A stretch of 64,000 nucleotides of DNA from Candidatus Heimdallarchaeota archaeon (GCA_018238155.1 JABCTZ010000036.1:128001-192000), one strand, 5' to 3'; numbered from the stretch's first letter, positions 29,634 through 40,146 are shown. The notes: generated by a model from the sequence alone, not told the origin. Program-made: numbers and translations.

Positions 29634-31073
29634 TTGAGATTTATGAGTAAAGAAAATCCTTTCTTGGAAATAAAAGAAAATACTCTTCATTTTGATAGAG
29701 TAAATTTACTTCGAAGTGTAGCTGCTAATTTTGGTACACCAACATATGTTTTTAGTGAAAATATAATCAAGCAAAATCTGCTGAATTTGCAAACAGCTTT
29801 TACTTCGCAATATCCCCAAACTGAAATTGCATATTCAATTAAAAACAACATGATTATTGATTTCTCCTCGATTATTGCTGATGAAATCAATTACTTCGAA
29901 ACAACATCGTTAACAGAACTACTTCTGGTTGAAAAGTTAGCCCAACAAAAGAATAAACCTCTTAATTTAATTTCAACAAATTTGTTTAAACCTGATGGTT
30001 TAATTGAACACATAATTGATTTTGGCAATCAAATTACTCGAGAGAAAAAAAATTTGCAAATGAGTGGCATAATTGCAATTGATTCATATCAAGATATGAA
30101 AAATATTGAACGTGTAGCCAAGAATGCAAACAAAAAAGCAAAAGTTTTAGTTCGAGTAAACCCAGGAATTCAGATGTCTCGTGAAAAAACGATTTTTGCA
30201 TCAGCTTATCCCGATGCTAAATGTTCTACTATCATTAAAGACATTCAACCAATAATTGATCTAAGCCAGAATGAAACAATCGAAGAGTGGCTTTTAAAAA
30301 GAAAGCATTCACCTAAATATGATTTTGCAGAAAGAATAATTCAAGAAGCAGAAAAAAGTGAGCATTTAGAATTATTAGGTATTCACGGGCACCTTGGTAG
30401 TCAGGTTACAAATATCGATTATTTCCATCACTTCTTTGAAGTAATTACTCTATTTTACAAACTAATGGAAGAAAAATTAGGAAGAAATCTCTCATTTCTT
30501 GATTTAGGTGGAGGATATCCTGTTCAGTATTCTATAAAAGAATGTGTCCCTTCAATTGAAGAAATAGCTGTTAGCTTGTCTCAAAAGATCTCTCAAGCAA
30601 AAATAACTCCTCACTTAATAATTGAAAGCGGTCGATTTGTAACTGCTAGTAGTGGTTTATTGCTCTCAAAAGTTACTCTTACAAAAGAGAATCCCTCAGG
30701 AGGAAAAATTGCCGTGCTTGATATGTCTGTTTATAGTGATCTATTAGACGTCATTGCAGCCAAATGGAATTTCGATATCTCTTTAGTCAATGATTTACCT
30801 GAACGAAAAGACGAAACCAAAGAATATTCTTGGGATTTGGTCGGTGCTACAAATGATACTTTAGATCAATTGAATCCAATCAATTATCCAGATAACCCAA
30901 ACATTGACCAGCGTTCTTTTCCTCGTGATTTAAAACCAAATGATTATATTGTTATTACAAATGCCGGTGCTTATACAACCTGCTTTAATTCCAATTATTG
31001 TGGGCGACCAAAACCGATGATTGTTCTAATTGAAAAAGATAAGAATATTCGTTTAATAAATCGTAATTATTGA
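29634..31073 (+). CDS. Fold III PLP decarboxylase (LysA/ODC family), divergent
   Basis: FGTPTYV, YSIKNN (PLP Lys), VRVNPG, HGHLGSQ, DLGGG, ESGRF, AGAY; GATNDTLD in place of GPxC(D/E)xxD. Confidence 0.82.
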   Translation: MRFMSKENPFLEIKENTLHFDRVNLLRSVAANFGTPTYVFSENIIKQNLLNLQTAFTSQYPQTEIAYSIKNNMIIDFSSIIADEINYFETTSLTELLLVEKLAQQKNKPLNLISTNLFKPDGLIEHIIDFGNQITREKKNLQMSGIIAIDSYQDMKNIERVAKNANKKAKVLVRVNPGIQMSREKTIFASAYPDAKCSTIIKDIQPIIDLSQNETIEEWLLKRKHSPKYDFAERIIQEAEKSEHLELLGIHGHLGSQVTNIDYFHHFFEVITLFYKLMEEKLGRNLSFLDLGGGYPVQYSIKECVPSIEEIAVSLSQKISQAKITPHLIIESGRFVTASSGLLLSKVTLTKENPSGGKIAVLDMSVYSDLLDVIAAKWNFDISLVNDLPERKDETKEYSWDLVGATNDTLDQLNPINYPDNPNIDQRSFPRDLKPNDYIVITNAGAYTTCFNSNYCGRPKPMIVLIEKDKNIRLINRNY

Positions 31074-31125
31074 TGAATTTTCTAATAGAAAAGCTATTAT
31101 CAGCAAAATAGTTAGTTTAAAATTA

Positions 31126-31539
31126 TTGTATGCTATTAGTAAATTAGTGAGAACTAGTCAAAAGCAGAAGTTGAGTGATTTGTCCTATTATCGAAGATTT
31201 TCTCCAAAAATTATTCTATTAATAACATTAATTGTAGGTGTACTAGTTGCCACACTTTCAATTGTTATTGTTAATACGATTGTCCATGATTGGGGAATAT
31301 ATGAGATTTTTACTTCGTTAGGAACATCAATTGGGATTTGTGGTGGGATTCTTGCGTATATTTCTTTTAGTGGTGGAACTCAGGTATCAAATTTTTATTT
31401 ACACTCTAGGTACACAAAAATGGCTCATGTAGAAAATGAATATGCGAGAAAAAGGCGACAAAAAGCGCCTTGGTTGAGTTTTCTAATAATTATCATTGGT
31501 GGAATTTTTATTGCGATAGGCCTCATAGGTTTACTTTAA
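31126..31539 (+). CDS. Small membrane protein (3 TM)
   Basis: Three hydrophobic segments; start uncertain. Confidence 0.55.
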   Translation: MYAISKLVRTSQKQKLSDLSYYRRFSPKIILLITLIVGVLVATLSIVIVNTIVHDWGIYEIFTSLGTSIGICGGILAYISFSGGTQVSNFYLHSRYTKMAHVENEYARKRRQKAPWLSFLIIIIGGIFIAIGLIGLL

Positions 31540-31589
31540 AATGCTTACCGAGTGTTTCTTTTTACATTATAATTATCGTTGGTGAAAAA

Positions 31590-32396
31590 ATGGATGAATA
31601 TTATGCAACAAATAGAAAAGTTTGGGACGAATTTGCTAAAATACATTTCAAATCTGAACATTATCGAGTGAAGGAATTTCTTGCTGGTGAAACATCTCTA
31701 AAACCATATGAATTGGAGGAATTGGGAAAGGATGTGCAAGATAAGACATTATTACATTTGCAATGCCATTTCGGTTTAGATACGTTATCTTGGGCAAGAG
31801 AGGGTGCAAAAGTTACCGGCGTTGATTTTTCAGGAGAAGCTGTGAAATTAGCTTGTCATCTCGCCAAAGAAATAAATGTTGATGCTAAATTTGTTCAATC
31901 AAATATCTATGATCTCCCTGATGTTCTTGATGAACAATTCGATATTGTTTATACTTCAATTGGTGTTTTATGTTGGTTACATGATATTAGTAGGTGGGGA
32001 GAAATTATTGCACACTTTTTGAAACCAGGAGGTATTTTCTATATAGCAGAACTTCATCCATTCTCGATGGTTTTTGATGAAGTCCATGAAAAAGAATTGA
32101 CCTTGAGATATGATTATTTTCATACACCTGAACCAATGGTATTCAAAGTAGATGGCACATATGCCGAGAAAGATGCAAAAGTAAAAGCAGAGAAGGAATA
32201 TGAATGGACTCATAGTTTATCTGACATTGTTAATGCTCTTTTGAATGCTGGATTGAAACTCGAATTCATGAATGAATATCCAATTACAGTCTATGAGGCA
32301 TTCCCATTTGCTAAACAAGATGAAGATAGCTATTATAGGTTGAAGAATCAGAAAGCAGAAATCCCTTTGATATTTACTATTCGTGCAACAAAATGA
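31590..32396 (+). CDS. Class I SAM-dependent methyltransferase
   Basis: LLHLQCHFGLDT, VTGVDFS, FDIVYTSIG, LKPGG; ATG 31590 follows a GGTGA SD. Confidence 0.9.
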   Translation: MDEYYATNRKVWDEFAKIHFKSEHYRVKEFLAGETSLKPYELEELGKDVQDKTLLHLQCHFGLDTLSWAREGAKVTGVDFSGEAVKLACHLAKEINVDAKFVQSNIYDLPDVLDEQFDIVYTSIGVLCWLHDISRWGEIIAHFLKPGGIFYIAELHPFSMVFDEVHEKELTLRYDYFHTPEPMVFKVDGTYAEKDAKVKAEKEYEWTHSLSDIVNALLNAGLKLEFMNEYPITVYEAFPFAKQDEDSYYRLKNQKAEIPLIFTIRATK

Positions 32397-32563
32397 TTTT
32401 TTTTGTCGCATGCTATTCATCCTCAAAAACTTTATATTTAGCTAAATTTTTTTCTAATAAATATATTAAATTGCTAACTAAATGATAATTTTCCAATAAT
32501 ACACGGATATTACAATGACTTCTATATCTGTACAGGGAAAGGTATTATTGCAAGAAATTTACA

Positions 32564-32794
32564 TTGCAAAATTTAATGAGGAGCGTAAAATTGCCGAACG
32601 AAAAATCCAAGGATGAATTTAACAAAGAACTAGTTGACACTCTTCAAAAAATCGTCAACCCTAGAAGGTTAAATCGAATCTACGATAAAGTTATTTCACA
32701 CCAACAAAATGACCAATCATATCAACGACAGCAAGTTGTTTTGAGCGTTATTCAAGAATATATTCAAGAAATTGACAGTTATCTTCAAGAATAA
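32564..32794 (+). CDS. Small hypothetical helical protein
   Basis: 76-aa ORF filling an intergenic gap; a GAGGAG SD suggests a TTG start near 32591. Confidence 0.5.
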   Translation: MQNLMRSVKLPNEKSKDEFNKELVDTLQKIVNPRRLNRIYDKVISHQQNDQSYQRQQVVLSVIQEYIQEIDSYLQE

Positions 32795-32893
32795 CACCAT
32801 TATTTTTCTTTTATCTTGTTAGTTACTCTGATAAACTTTCTTTACAAACACAAATTCCATAAATGATAGTTTTTTCTCTATATTGATGTAAAT

Positions 32894-33724
32894 ATGACGG
32901 AAGATAATCCTGTATGTTTTGGAATGAAAAATATAACATCAATAACTCCTACTATTTGTTCACTAATGGATGTGCCACTGCCTAGCATTTCCACAGAAGA
33001 TGTTATTGATGATATTCTATTTATTAATAAAAAGAAATCGAAAAACGTTATAACAAAATGTTTATTGTATGCGCCTGACGGAATTGGTTATTTTCTAACT
33101 ATAAGGTATAAAGATCAATTCAAAAAAATGGCTGCTATAGCTCCCTATAGTATACGATTATGTTCTGTTTATCCTCCAAAAACACCCATTTGTTTTGCTT
33201 CAATGTTTACTGGAGCGTTGCCTAAAATTCATGGTAGGGAAAGATCAGAAAGAACCGTTCTAAAATGTGAAACCATTTTTGATACTTTTATAAAAGCAGG
33301 GAAAAAAATTGCTATCGTTGCAGTAAGGAGTTCAAGTATTGATTTAATTTTTAGAGAGAGAAAATTGGATTATTTTTCAGAAGAAACTGACGAGAAAGTA
33401 ACTTCAAGAGCAGTTGAATTGCTTAAGCAAGATCAACATGATTTAATTATTGTCTATCATCAAGAATATGATGATTTACTTCATGAAACCACTCCTGTGA
33501 GCCCTCGTGCGATTATTGCAATGAATAATCATATAGAGAGTTTCATAGAACTAGGTAATGCATTCAATAAATTCTGGAAAAAGTATAATCGTCTAATCCT
33601 ATTCACACCAGATCATGGTGCACATATCAGTAGAGAAGATGGTCGAGGTACTCATGGAAATAATATTCCGGAAGATATGGTAATAAGACACTATTATAAT
33701 GTAGAAAAAGGAGAAAACAAATAG
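32894..33724 (+). CDS. Alkaline phosphatase superfamily (NPP/PglZ-like) protein
   Basis: APDG, T..CFASMFTG (Thr nucleophile), D.LLH, TPDHG, THG. Confidence 0.75.
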   Translation: MTEDNPVCFGMKNITSITPTICSLMDVPLPSISTEDVIDDILFINKKKSKNVITKCLLYAPDGIGYFLTIRYKDQFKKMAAIAPYSIRLCSVYPPKTPICFASMFTGALPKIHGRERSERTVLKCETIFDTFIKAGKKIAIVAVRSSSIDLIFRERKLDYFSEETDEKVTSRAVELLKQDQHDLIIVYHQEYDDLLHETTPVSPRAIIAMNNHIESFIELGNAFNKFWKKYNRLILFTPDHGAHISREDGRGTHGNNIPEDMVIRHYYNVEKGENK

Positions 33725-33948
33725 TTTCTTCTCTACTTTAAAAAATAACAAAATAAATCTCTTCTACTTTAATAAATAAGGAATAAATATTTTAATTATT
33801 ATCATTGAATATGTGGTTAGGGTAATAATGAGTGCATTAACCACAATTTATTGAAAAAATCCTCATAAGAACTTCAATATGCCTTTTTACCCAAAAAGCG
33901 AGGAAAATGACGGATGGGAAAAATGACTGGAGAAGGATGATTTCCTTC

Positions 33949-35046
33949 TCAATTCCTTGTTTTGCGTGGTTTTGCTTGTATTGGTTTCTTGGTTGTTTTT
34001 GCTGATATTTTTGCTTGTTTTGAACGTTTTGCTCTTGTGGATTTTCGTTTAGGTTTAAGGTAAGCTTTCATAGCTTTCATGTGATTTTTGTAATGAGGTG
34101 ATTTCTTCAATAACCAGCTGCGAACTGCTGGTCTACAGATTATTGCTAGTATTCTTGCAAAAGCTAATCGACTTTTAGTGTCCTGAACATAATCATCAAA
34201 AGTATGTTTTTGGTATTGTAGTATTCTTTGACTTTCTGTGGTGTCCATAAATCCACAATGGAATGGTTCCTTTCCAAAAGCAGTATTTGGCAACCGACCT
34301 ATGCCCATTGCTTCAAGTAATCGCCCAACAAATTCTTCATATGTTACTCTACATTTTTCTCCGCCTGCAATATGGAGTGTTTTTCCCCATACTTCATCAT
34401 TTGTTGTTGCACGAGCCATTGCCAAACCGGTATCTCGTGTGTCTGTGTGTTCAATAGGTGTGTCTACAGGAACGTCGAACATAACTGGATCTACACCTTG
34501 ATCAATAGGCATTATTGCACTGAATCTGAAAATCGTCCAAATTAAATCAGAGCTTCGTATCATTTCTTCACATTTAATTTTATGGCGTGCATAGTGATCA
34601 TGTGAACTTGGATTAAATTCATCAGTAACTTTGATTATATAATCTGCTCCTTTATGTCTAACATCTCCATAAGTAGCAACGGATGAACTGAAAATTAACT
34701 TGGGTGGTATCTGTTGCTTCTTCATAGCAAGAATTAGGTTTTTCGTACCCCCGACATTAATTGGTTCTGCGAATTCAGGTTTGATATTTGCTAGTGGTGG
34801 AATAATTGCTGCTAAATGAATAACAACCTCTATACCTTTTACTGCATGTTCTAAATCTGATAAGTTGCGGAGATCACCCCAACAAATCTCAACTTTATCC
34901 AAATGTTTTTTGTACCTTCTTGCTTTTCTTTTATTAGCTTTAGTGGGTATATCAAAACATCTGATGTAATGATCCATTTTAATTAATTCATTTAATGTAC
35001 TTGTTCCAACATTTCCAAATGCACCTGTAAGTAAGATTTTAACCAT
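33949..35046 (-). CDS. Extended SDR (NAD-dependent epimerase/3-beta-HSD-like)
   Basis: TGAFGNVG, HLAA, NVGGT, SSS, YARHK; Lys/Arg-rich C-tail. Confidence 0.9.
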   Translation of the reverse strand: MVKILLTGAFGNVGTSTLNELIKMDHYIRCFDIPTKANKRKARRYKKHLDKVEICWGDLRNLSDLEHAVKGIEVVIHLAAIIPPLANIKPEFAEPINVGGTKNLILAMKKQQIPPKLIFSSSVATYGDVRHKGADYIIKVTDEFNPSSHDHYARHKIKCEEMIRSSDLIWTIFRFSAIMPIDQGVDPVMFDVPVDTPIEHTDTRDTGLAMARATTNDEVWGKTLHIAGGEKCRVTYEEFVGRLLEAMGIGRLPNTAFGKEPFHCGFMDTTESQRILQYQKHTFDDYVQDTKSRLAFARILAIICRPAVRSWLLKKSPHYKNHMKAMKAYLKPKRKSTRAKRSKQAKISAKTTKKPIQAKPRKTRN

Positions 35047-35448
35047 ATATAAGCCTCCTAAGATTTTTGATGCATTTTGAATTTACATACTATCTCTGTG
35101 CCATTTCTGTTTTTATTTTTAGTGCAATTTCGATGTGTATGTACCATAATGTTAGACTCTCTAACAGAGGCTTACACCACCATTGCTGCTAGGTATAATA
35201 GAAACGATTGATTCCTTATTCTGCTATATTTTTTAGCGATAAGAGCTAGCAAATACTAATCGGTGGTAATTAATGTAATTATGAGGTTACTCAGGGAGGG
35301 TAAGTCCTATCGAGTTAGACCTCAGACTAAATATTCTTTTTATAGTATTTAAATATTATTAAATCGACGAAAATCAACTAATAGCAGTTTCAGAAATATT
35401 CCATCCGAAGACTAAGTGTTTTAAGAGAGAAAAACATAATATTTCTTA

Positions 35449-36348
35449 GTGATTATCATGGAAATTACGCACGTAGGAAAACGAGGAATAGTATTTACTT
35501 TTGACGATTTATCTTCACCGGGTTATGCTTGCCCAACAAATGTTTATGTAGTTTACACAGGTAAGAGTTTCTTTATCTGTGACACTTTTCTAGGACCTGC
35601 ATCAATGAAATCTGTGAAGGAATATCTAGAAGAGAAATATGGAGAAAAAGAATACGTGGTTTTCAATAGTCATTCTCATTGGGATCATCATTGGGGAAAT
35701 AGTGCTTTTCTAAAGGCTAAAATAATTGCTCATGAATTGTGTATGGAAGATATGCGAGAAAACGCAGAGGGCATTCTTAAAAAGAAAGCTAAATTCAAAC
35801 GTGGGAAAGTAGTCATAACCTATCCAAACCTTCTCTTTAAAAACAATCTGAATTTTGATGAAGAACAAATTCAAATTTTCCATAGTCCTGGTCATACTCT
35901 AGATTCAAGTTCTTGTTATGACTCAGAAGACAAAGTTCTTTTCGCTGGGGATAATCTTGAAGAACCAATTCCGTATATCAATTCCAATTTAGAAGGTCTG
36001 AAAGAATATATTGAAACTTTGAAATATTATTCTTCTCTGGATATTGAAGTTATTATTCCCGGTCACGGTCAAGTATCTGATAAATCTCTACTTGAAGCCA
36101 ATTTACACTATCTTGAAAATTTGCCAAATCTTGTTGAACCTATTGATATTGAGAAACACGGTAAAGCTTTCTATATTGTTCATCTTGGAAATCTAAATAA
36201 ATTAGCAAAAATCTATGCTGAAGAGAAGAATAATAAAGAGGCTATTAAATTTTTCAAATTGCTACTTAAGATTAATGATCAAGTAAAGCTCTATGAAGAA
36301 GATTCAATTAAAGCCATTAACCAAAGAATTAAGGATTTAGAAAAATAA
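35449..36348 (+). CDS. MBL-fold metallo-hydrolase with C-terminal TPR-like helix pair
   Basis: SHSHWDHHWG, PGHT, FAGD, PGHG. Confidence 0.88.
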   Translation: MIIMEITHVGKRGIVFTFDDLSSPGYACPTNVYVVYTGKSFFICDTFLGPASMKSVKEYLEEKYGEKEYVVFNSHSHWDHHWGNSAFLKAKIIAHELCMEDMRENAEGILKKKAKFKRGKVVITYPNLLFKNNLNFDEEQIQIFHSPGHTLDSSSCYDSEDKVLFAGDNLEEPIPYINSNLEGLKEYIETLKYYSSLDIEVIIPGHGQVSDKSLLEANLHYLENLPNLVEPIDIEKHGKAFYIVHLGNLNKLAKIYAEEKNNKEAIKFFKLLLKINDQVKLYEEDSIKAINQRIKDLEK

Positions 36349-36499
36349 TCTACTTAGTAGTTTTATTTCACTCATTATCCTCTTTTCTTTTATTATTGTA
36401 AAATACTAATGAAATTTGAACAATTTATTAATTCGTGTAATTACATTTATAATATTTGATTACAGTATTTAATTAGGGGATAGTAATGAGAGGATAACA

Positions 36500-37792
36500 T
36501 TGACGATGAGAATACTATCTAGATATACAAAGAAATTATCTCTTTTATTAATTATTTTAGTAATTGTTCTTCCAAGCATTTTCACAGGTGTAATTGGGAG
36601 AAATGCTAATCAAAATAATTCGAATTCAATAAATAATATGAGTGCTCCATTATACAACTATAATGATATTGTAGTAAAAGATGATCTAGTAATTCTTTCA
36701 TCATTTGGTAATTTCTGGGAAATTTGGAATACATCTAACCCCAAAAAACCTTTTCTAGTAAAGACCATTCATTTTGATTCTGAAGACTTAGAATATATTT
36801 CCGATATGGAAATAATCAATGATTATCTTTTTATCAAGATTCCAGATCAAATAATTATTTATGATCTAGCAGACCCAACAAACCCAAATAATATAGCTTC
36901 AATTTCTTGCCAATTTTCTAATGTAGTAGAAATTCATTTTGAGAATAATCTTCTTTATTTGCTTCAATATGTGGAACATTCGAGTTACTATACTTCTACA
37001 CTTTCTATATTGAATATAAGTAAATTTAATTCAATTCAACTCTTGGGTGTTTACAATTCGAGTATTCATCATGCTAATTATGATATGTTACATGACCGTG
37101 ATAGATTATTGATTAAAGATAGTTTTGTGTATTTAATTTGCCTAGGAGATTATCATCCTGATGATATGGATTCCGTTCTAGAAATAATCGATATAAGTAA
37201 TAAATCAAATCCCCAAAAAAAAGGTGAATTTGTTTTGCCTTCCAGACCTTATTCTATTGGATTAAGGGATAATTTTGCATTTATTCCAACTCATTATGAT
37301 TGCCTTCAAATTATTGATTGTTCTAATCCAAGTGCTCCTATTAACGTTTCAAAATTCGAAAGTACTGAAATAATAAATGATATTGAAATACATAACAATG
37401 TTTGTTATCTTGCATTAGCAACTAAATTTGTTATTTTAGATTTAACAGATATTGAAAACATTATTACTCTTGGAGAGTATACACTAAGAAATCAAGGTAA
37501 TACCTATTTCAATAACCTCAAAGTACATGGTGATATCCTTTATACAATAGGTCCCTCTGAACATCATGATCGTTATTTTTTCATTTTTGATTGCTCTGAT
37601 TTAACAGACCCAACTAGGCTTTATCCAAAAGGAATACGAATTTCTGGTGAAATATTATTTAAATTAGTAATTTTTTCAACGTATGCGGGGATTATTTTGG
37701 GATCTATACTAATTATCGTTGGTCTCTTTTTCTTAATTAAGAAACTAAAACAAAGGAGATCCAGGGTTCATCAAAATGAAGCAAAAAGTTGA
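36500..37792 (+). CDS. LVIVD-repeat (beta-propeller) membrane-anchored surface protein
   Basis: Repeats IYDLADPTNP, IIDISNKSNP, IIDCSNPSAP; N-terminal signal and C-terminal TM plus basic tail. Confidence 0.8.
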   Translation: MTMRILSRYTKKLSLLLIILVIVLPSIFTGVIGRNANQNNSNSINNMSAPLYNYNDIVVKDDLVILSSFGNFWEIWNTSNPKKPFLVKTIHFDSEDLEYISDMEIINDYLFIKIPDQIIIYDLADPTNPNNIASISCQFSNVVEIHFENNLLYLLQYVEHSSYYTSTLSILNISKFNSIQLLGVYNSSIHHANYDMLHDRDRLLIKDSFVYLICLGDYHPDDMDSVLEIIDISNKSNPQKKGEFVLPSRPYSIGLRDNFAFIPTHYDCLQIIDCSNPSAPINVSKFESTEIINDIEIHNNVCYLALATKFVILDLTDIENIITLGEYTLRNQGNTYFNNLKVHGDILYTIGPSEHHDRYFFIFDCSDLTDPTRLYPKGIRISGEILFKLVIFSTYAGIILGSILIIVGLFFLIKKLKQRRSRVHQNEAKS

Positions 37793-38372
37793 TCTTGCAA
37801 TAGTATTTGGTTTTGCCACCATAGCACTTTTTTTCACCTCGCAAATATTGATTATAAACGAGCTAAATCCCAAAACTGCCTTGTCTTTTGAAGATGAAGA
37901 TGTAATTATTGCTATTACAGGAGATAATGCTTCTCTCTTGGCTCGATATGGTTTGAAAAATTATGGAGAATTAGATTCCTATTTAATTTCACTTCCCTTT
38001 GCCAGTCGTCCTTGGGATATTAATTTGACATTTAATGGTCTACCACTGGATTATTCTTGGACTACTATGATGCTTTCTTCTGAACCTGAAACATTCGATA
38101 CGATTATATTTCGAGTAGAATTAGAACCTGGTCAAAAAGGAGATGTTCTTGTCAGCTACAAACGAAACTATGATTTAGTGGAAGAGGAAGATTCTTCTTC
38201 AATTGTTTTTCGCTATATTGTTGGTTCAACAAAATCTTGGGGAGAACCATTGATTTTTGCCCATTTTGAATTTTGGTTGCAAGAAAATGAATCAGATACT
38301 TTGCTTGAATCTCGAGATTATACTAACTGGCTGCCGACAGAAACTTTCTTGTTTTTCGAATATCTTCTCTGA
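37776..38372 (+). CDS. Secreted hypothetical protein (DUF4424-like)
   Basis: N-terminal TM; YIVGSTKSWGEPL motif; overlaps the upstream gene by 17 bp. Confidence 0.6.
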   Translation: MKQKVDLAIVFGFATIALFFTSQILIINELNPKTALSFEDEDVIIAITGDNASLLARYGLKNYGELDSYLISLPFASRPWDINLTFNGLPLDYSWTTMMLSSEPETFDTIIFRVELEPGQKGDVLVSYKRNYDLVEEEDSSSIVFRYIVGSTKSWGEPLIFAHFEFWLQENESDTLLESRDYTNWLPTETFLFFEYLL

Positions 38373-38427
38373 ATGAGCTGTCACAAAAGCAAGTATTAAT
38401 AATAGTTATACTGACTTTTAACATGTA

Positions 38428-40146
38428 ATGTCAGAACAGAGATTCCCTTATTTCAAGTCGACCATGGTTAGTTTTGGGTATTTCACCAACAACCTTACGT
38501 GGTCCGCTTTTAATATCTTCGTTCCACTAATTTTAAGCGATAATTTAAAGGCTCTACTTGGTGATGTTCCTTACATCAATACACTCATTGGATTAATAAT
38601 GATTTTAGATAATATTGCCTCTATTATTATACAACCTTATATCGGAGCACTATCTGATCGTATTTGGATAGCAAAATTGGGAAGAAGAATGCCATTTGTG
38701 ATTATTGGTATTCCTCTTGCAGCATTTTTCTTTGGCCTTATTGGTACATTTCAATCAACAATGTTTGTCGTCTTAATCGGTATTTGTGGTTTTAATATTA
38801 GTATGGCATTTTACAAGTCACCAGTCATGAGTTTAGTTCCAGATTTACTCCCAAGAGAGTACAGAAGTCAAGGTGCAGGTGTACTCAATGTTGTTGGTGG
38901 AGTTGCAAGCATATCTGGACTATTGATTGTTTCAAGTTTAATAGTAAATCATAGCAAATTTGCTTTTTGGGCACTCTCAATAATAATGATTATTTGTTTA
39001 GGCATTTTATTACTGACTGTTCGTGAAAAGAAAGATATTGAAATTGAAAAAAGAGAGAAGAAAATTGGTCTTTTTTCATCTATCAAACGCATAGTGAAAG
39101 ACCGAAATTTACCACTCATATTCATGTTATGTTCAGTCTTTTTTCACACAGCAGGGTATAGTGTAGTTGAAACATTCATTAGTAGATACTCAACTGAATT
39201 ACTAGGTTTCCATCCTAGTACAGCCGGAAAAATTCTTGCTGCTTTCATTGGTTTTACTGTTATTGCTGCTTTACCTGCAGGTCTTGTAGGAAAAAGAATT
39301 GGTGCATTAAATGCAGTTGTTATTGGCATAGTCGGATTTACTGTCTCACTTATACCTTTGACTATTTTCAGTCTTCTACCTGATTTAACTATTATGAAAG
39401 ATGTATTAACACTCAATACTTTACAATCACCAATATTCACGTTGCAATTTTTACTCTACTTTCTAATAATATTCATTATGGGTTTTAGTTACTTGTTATT
39501 ATCAATTAATTCAATAGTAGTTATTTGGAATTTTGCTCCCGATAAAGAGACAGCAACATATACTAGCTTCTTCTATGTTGCTTTACATTTAGCAGCAATA
39601 CTCAGTCCATTTATCGCAGGAAGTATTTTCGATTTATATGCTTTCAATTTATTTAAGAATGGTGATGATACCTCAGGTTTAAGAATTATGTTTGTGTATG
39701 CTATTGTCTGTTTTATGTTAACGATTATCTTTATTTCTCTAGTTAAAGTATTTAGAAATAAACAATTGAGGGAAATTGGTGATAAAGAAACCTACATCAG
39801 ACATCGTTTAGAACAGAAGGAATATCCTCTAGAATACATTCCAATGCTTCTATTTGGAATAGGTACACGAAGGCGGAACGCAATCCTCGTTTTGCGAAAG
39901 GAGCATCAAGAAGAACAAAAGGATATAGATGAAAAAATACGGAAATTGCGAAAAAAGCAAATGTATGTAGTTGAAAACTTAAGTGATGATACAAGAAATA
40001 TAGAGGAATTGCAGAAGAAAACAATTATTGAACACAAACAAATGAAGAAAGAAATGACAAAAGAACAAAAGGAAAAAATCAGAGAATTGAGACAGGATAT
40101 CATTGAAAAGAAGATCAAGAAAAAATTGGAAGAAGAATACGATTAA
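38428..40146 (+). CDS. MFS transporter (GPH/sugar-type) with C-terminal coiled-coil extension
   Basis: QPYIGALSDR..GRRMPF motif A, about 12 TMs, about 130-aa E/K-rich tail. Confidence 0.88.
   Translation: MSEQRFPYFKSTMVSFGYFTNNLTWSAFNIFVPLILSDNLKALLGDVPYINTLIGLIMILDNIASIIIQPYIGALSDRIWIAKLGRRMPFVIIGIPLAAFFFGLIGTFQSTMFVVLIGICGFNISMAFYKSPVMSLVPDLLPREYRSQGAGVLNVVGGVASISGLLIVSSLIVNHSKFAFWALSIIMIICLGILLLTVREKKDIEIEKREKKIGLFSSIKRIVKDRNLPLIFMLCSVFFHTAGYSVVETFISRYSTELLGFHPSTAGKILAAFIGFTVIAALPAGLVGKRIGALNAVVIGIVGFTVSLIPLTIFSLLPDLTIMKDVLTLNTLQSPIFTLQFLLYFLIIFIMGFSYLLLSINSIVVIWNFAPDKETATYTSFFYVALHLAAILSPFIAGSIFDLYAFNLFKNGDDTSGLRIMFVYAIVCFMLTIIFISLVKVFRNKQLREIGDKETYIRHRLEQKEYPLEYIPMLLFGIGTRRRNAILVLRKEHQEEQKDIDEKIRKLRKKQMYVVENLSDDTRNIEELQKKTIIEHKQMKKEMTKEQKEKIRELRQDIIEKKIKKKLEEEYD

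Noticed and set aside
16749-31073. A dispersed canonical lysine (DAP) pathway from dapA plus lysA
   Set aside because: Both genes are atypical (Fae fusion; Cys-to-Asn change) and no dapB, dapF or asd lies nearby, so gene symbols were not assigned.
31470-31589. N-terminal extension of the methyltransferase ORF
   Set aside because: It overlaps the upstream gene; ATG 31590 has a good SD and matches the family start.
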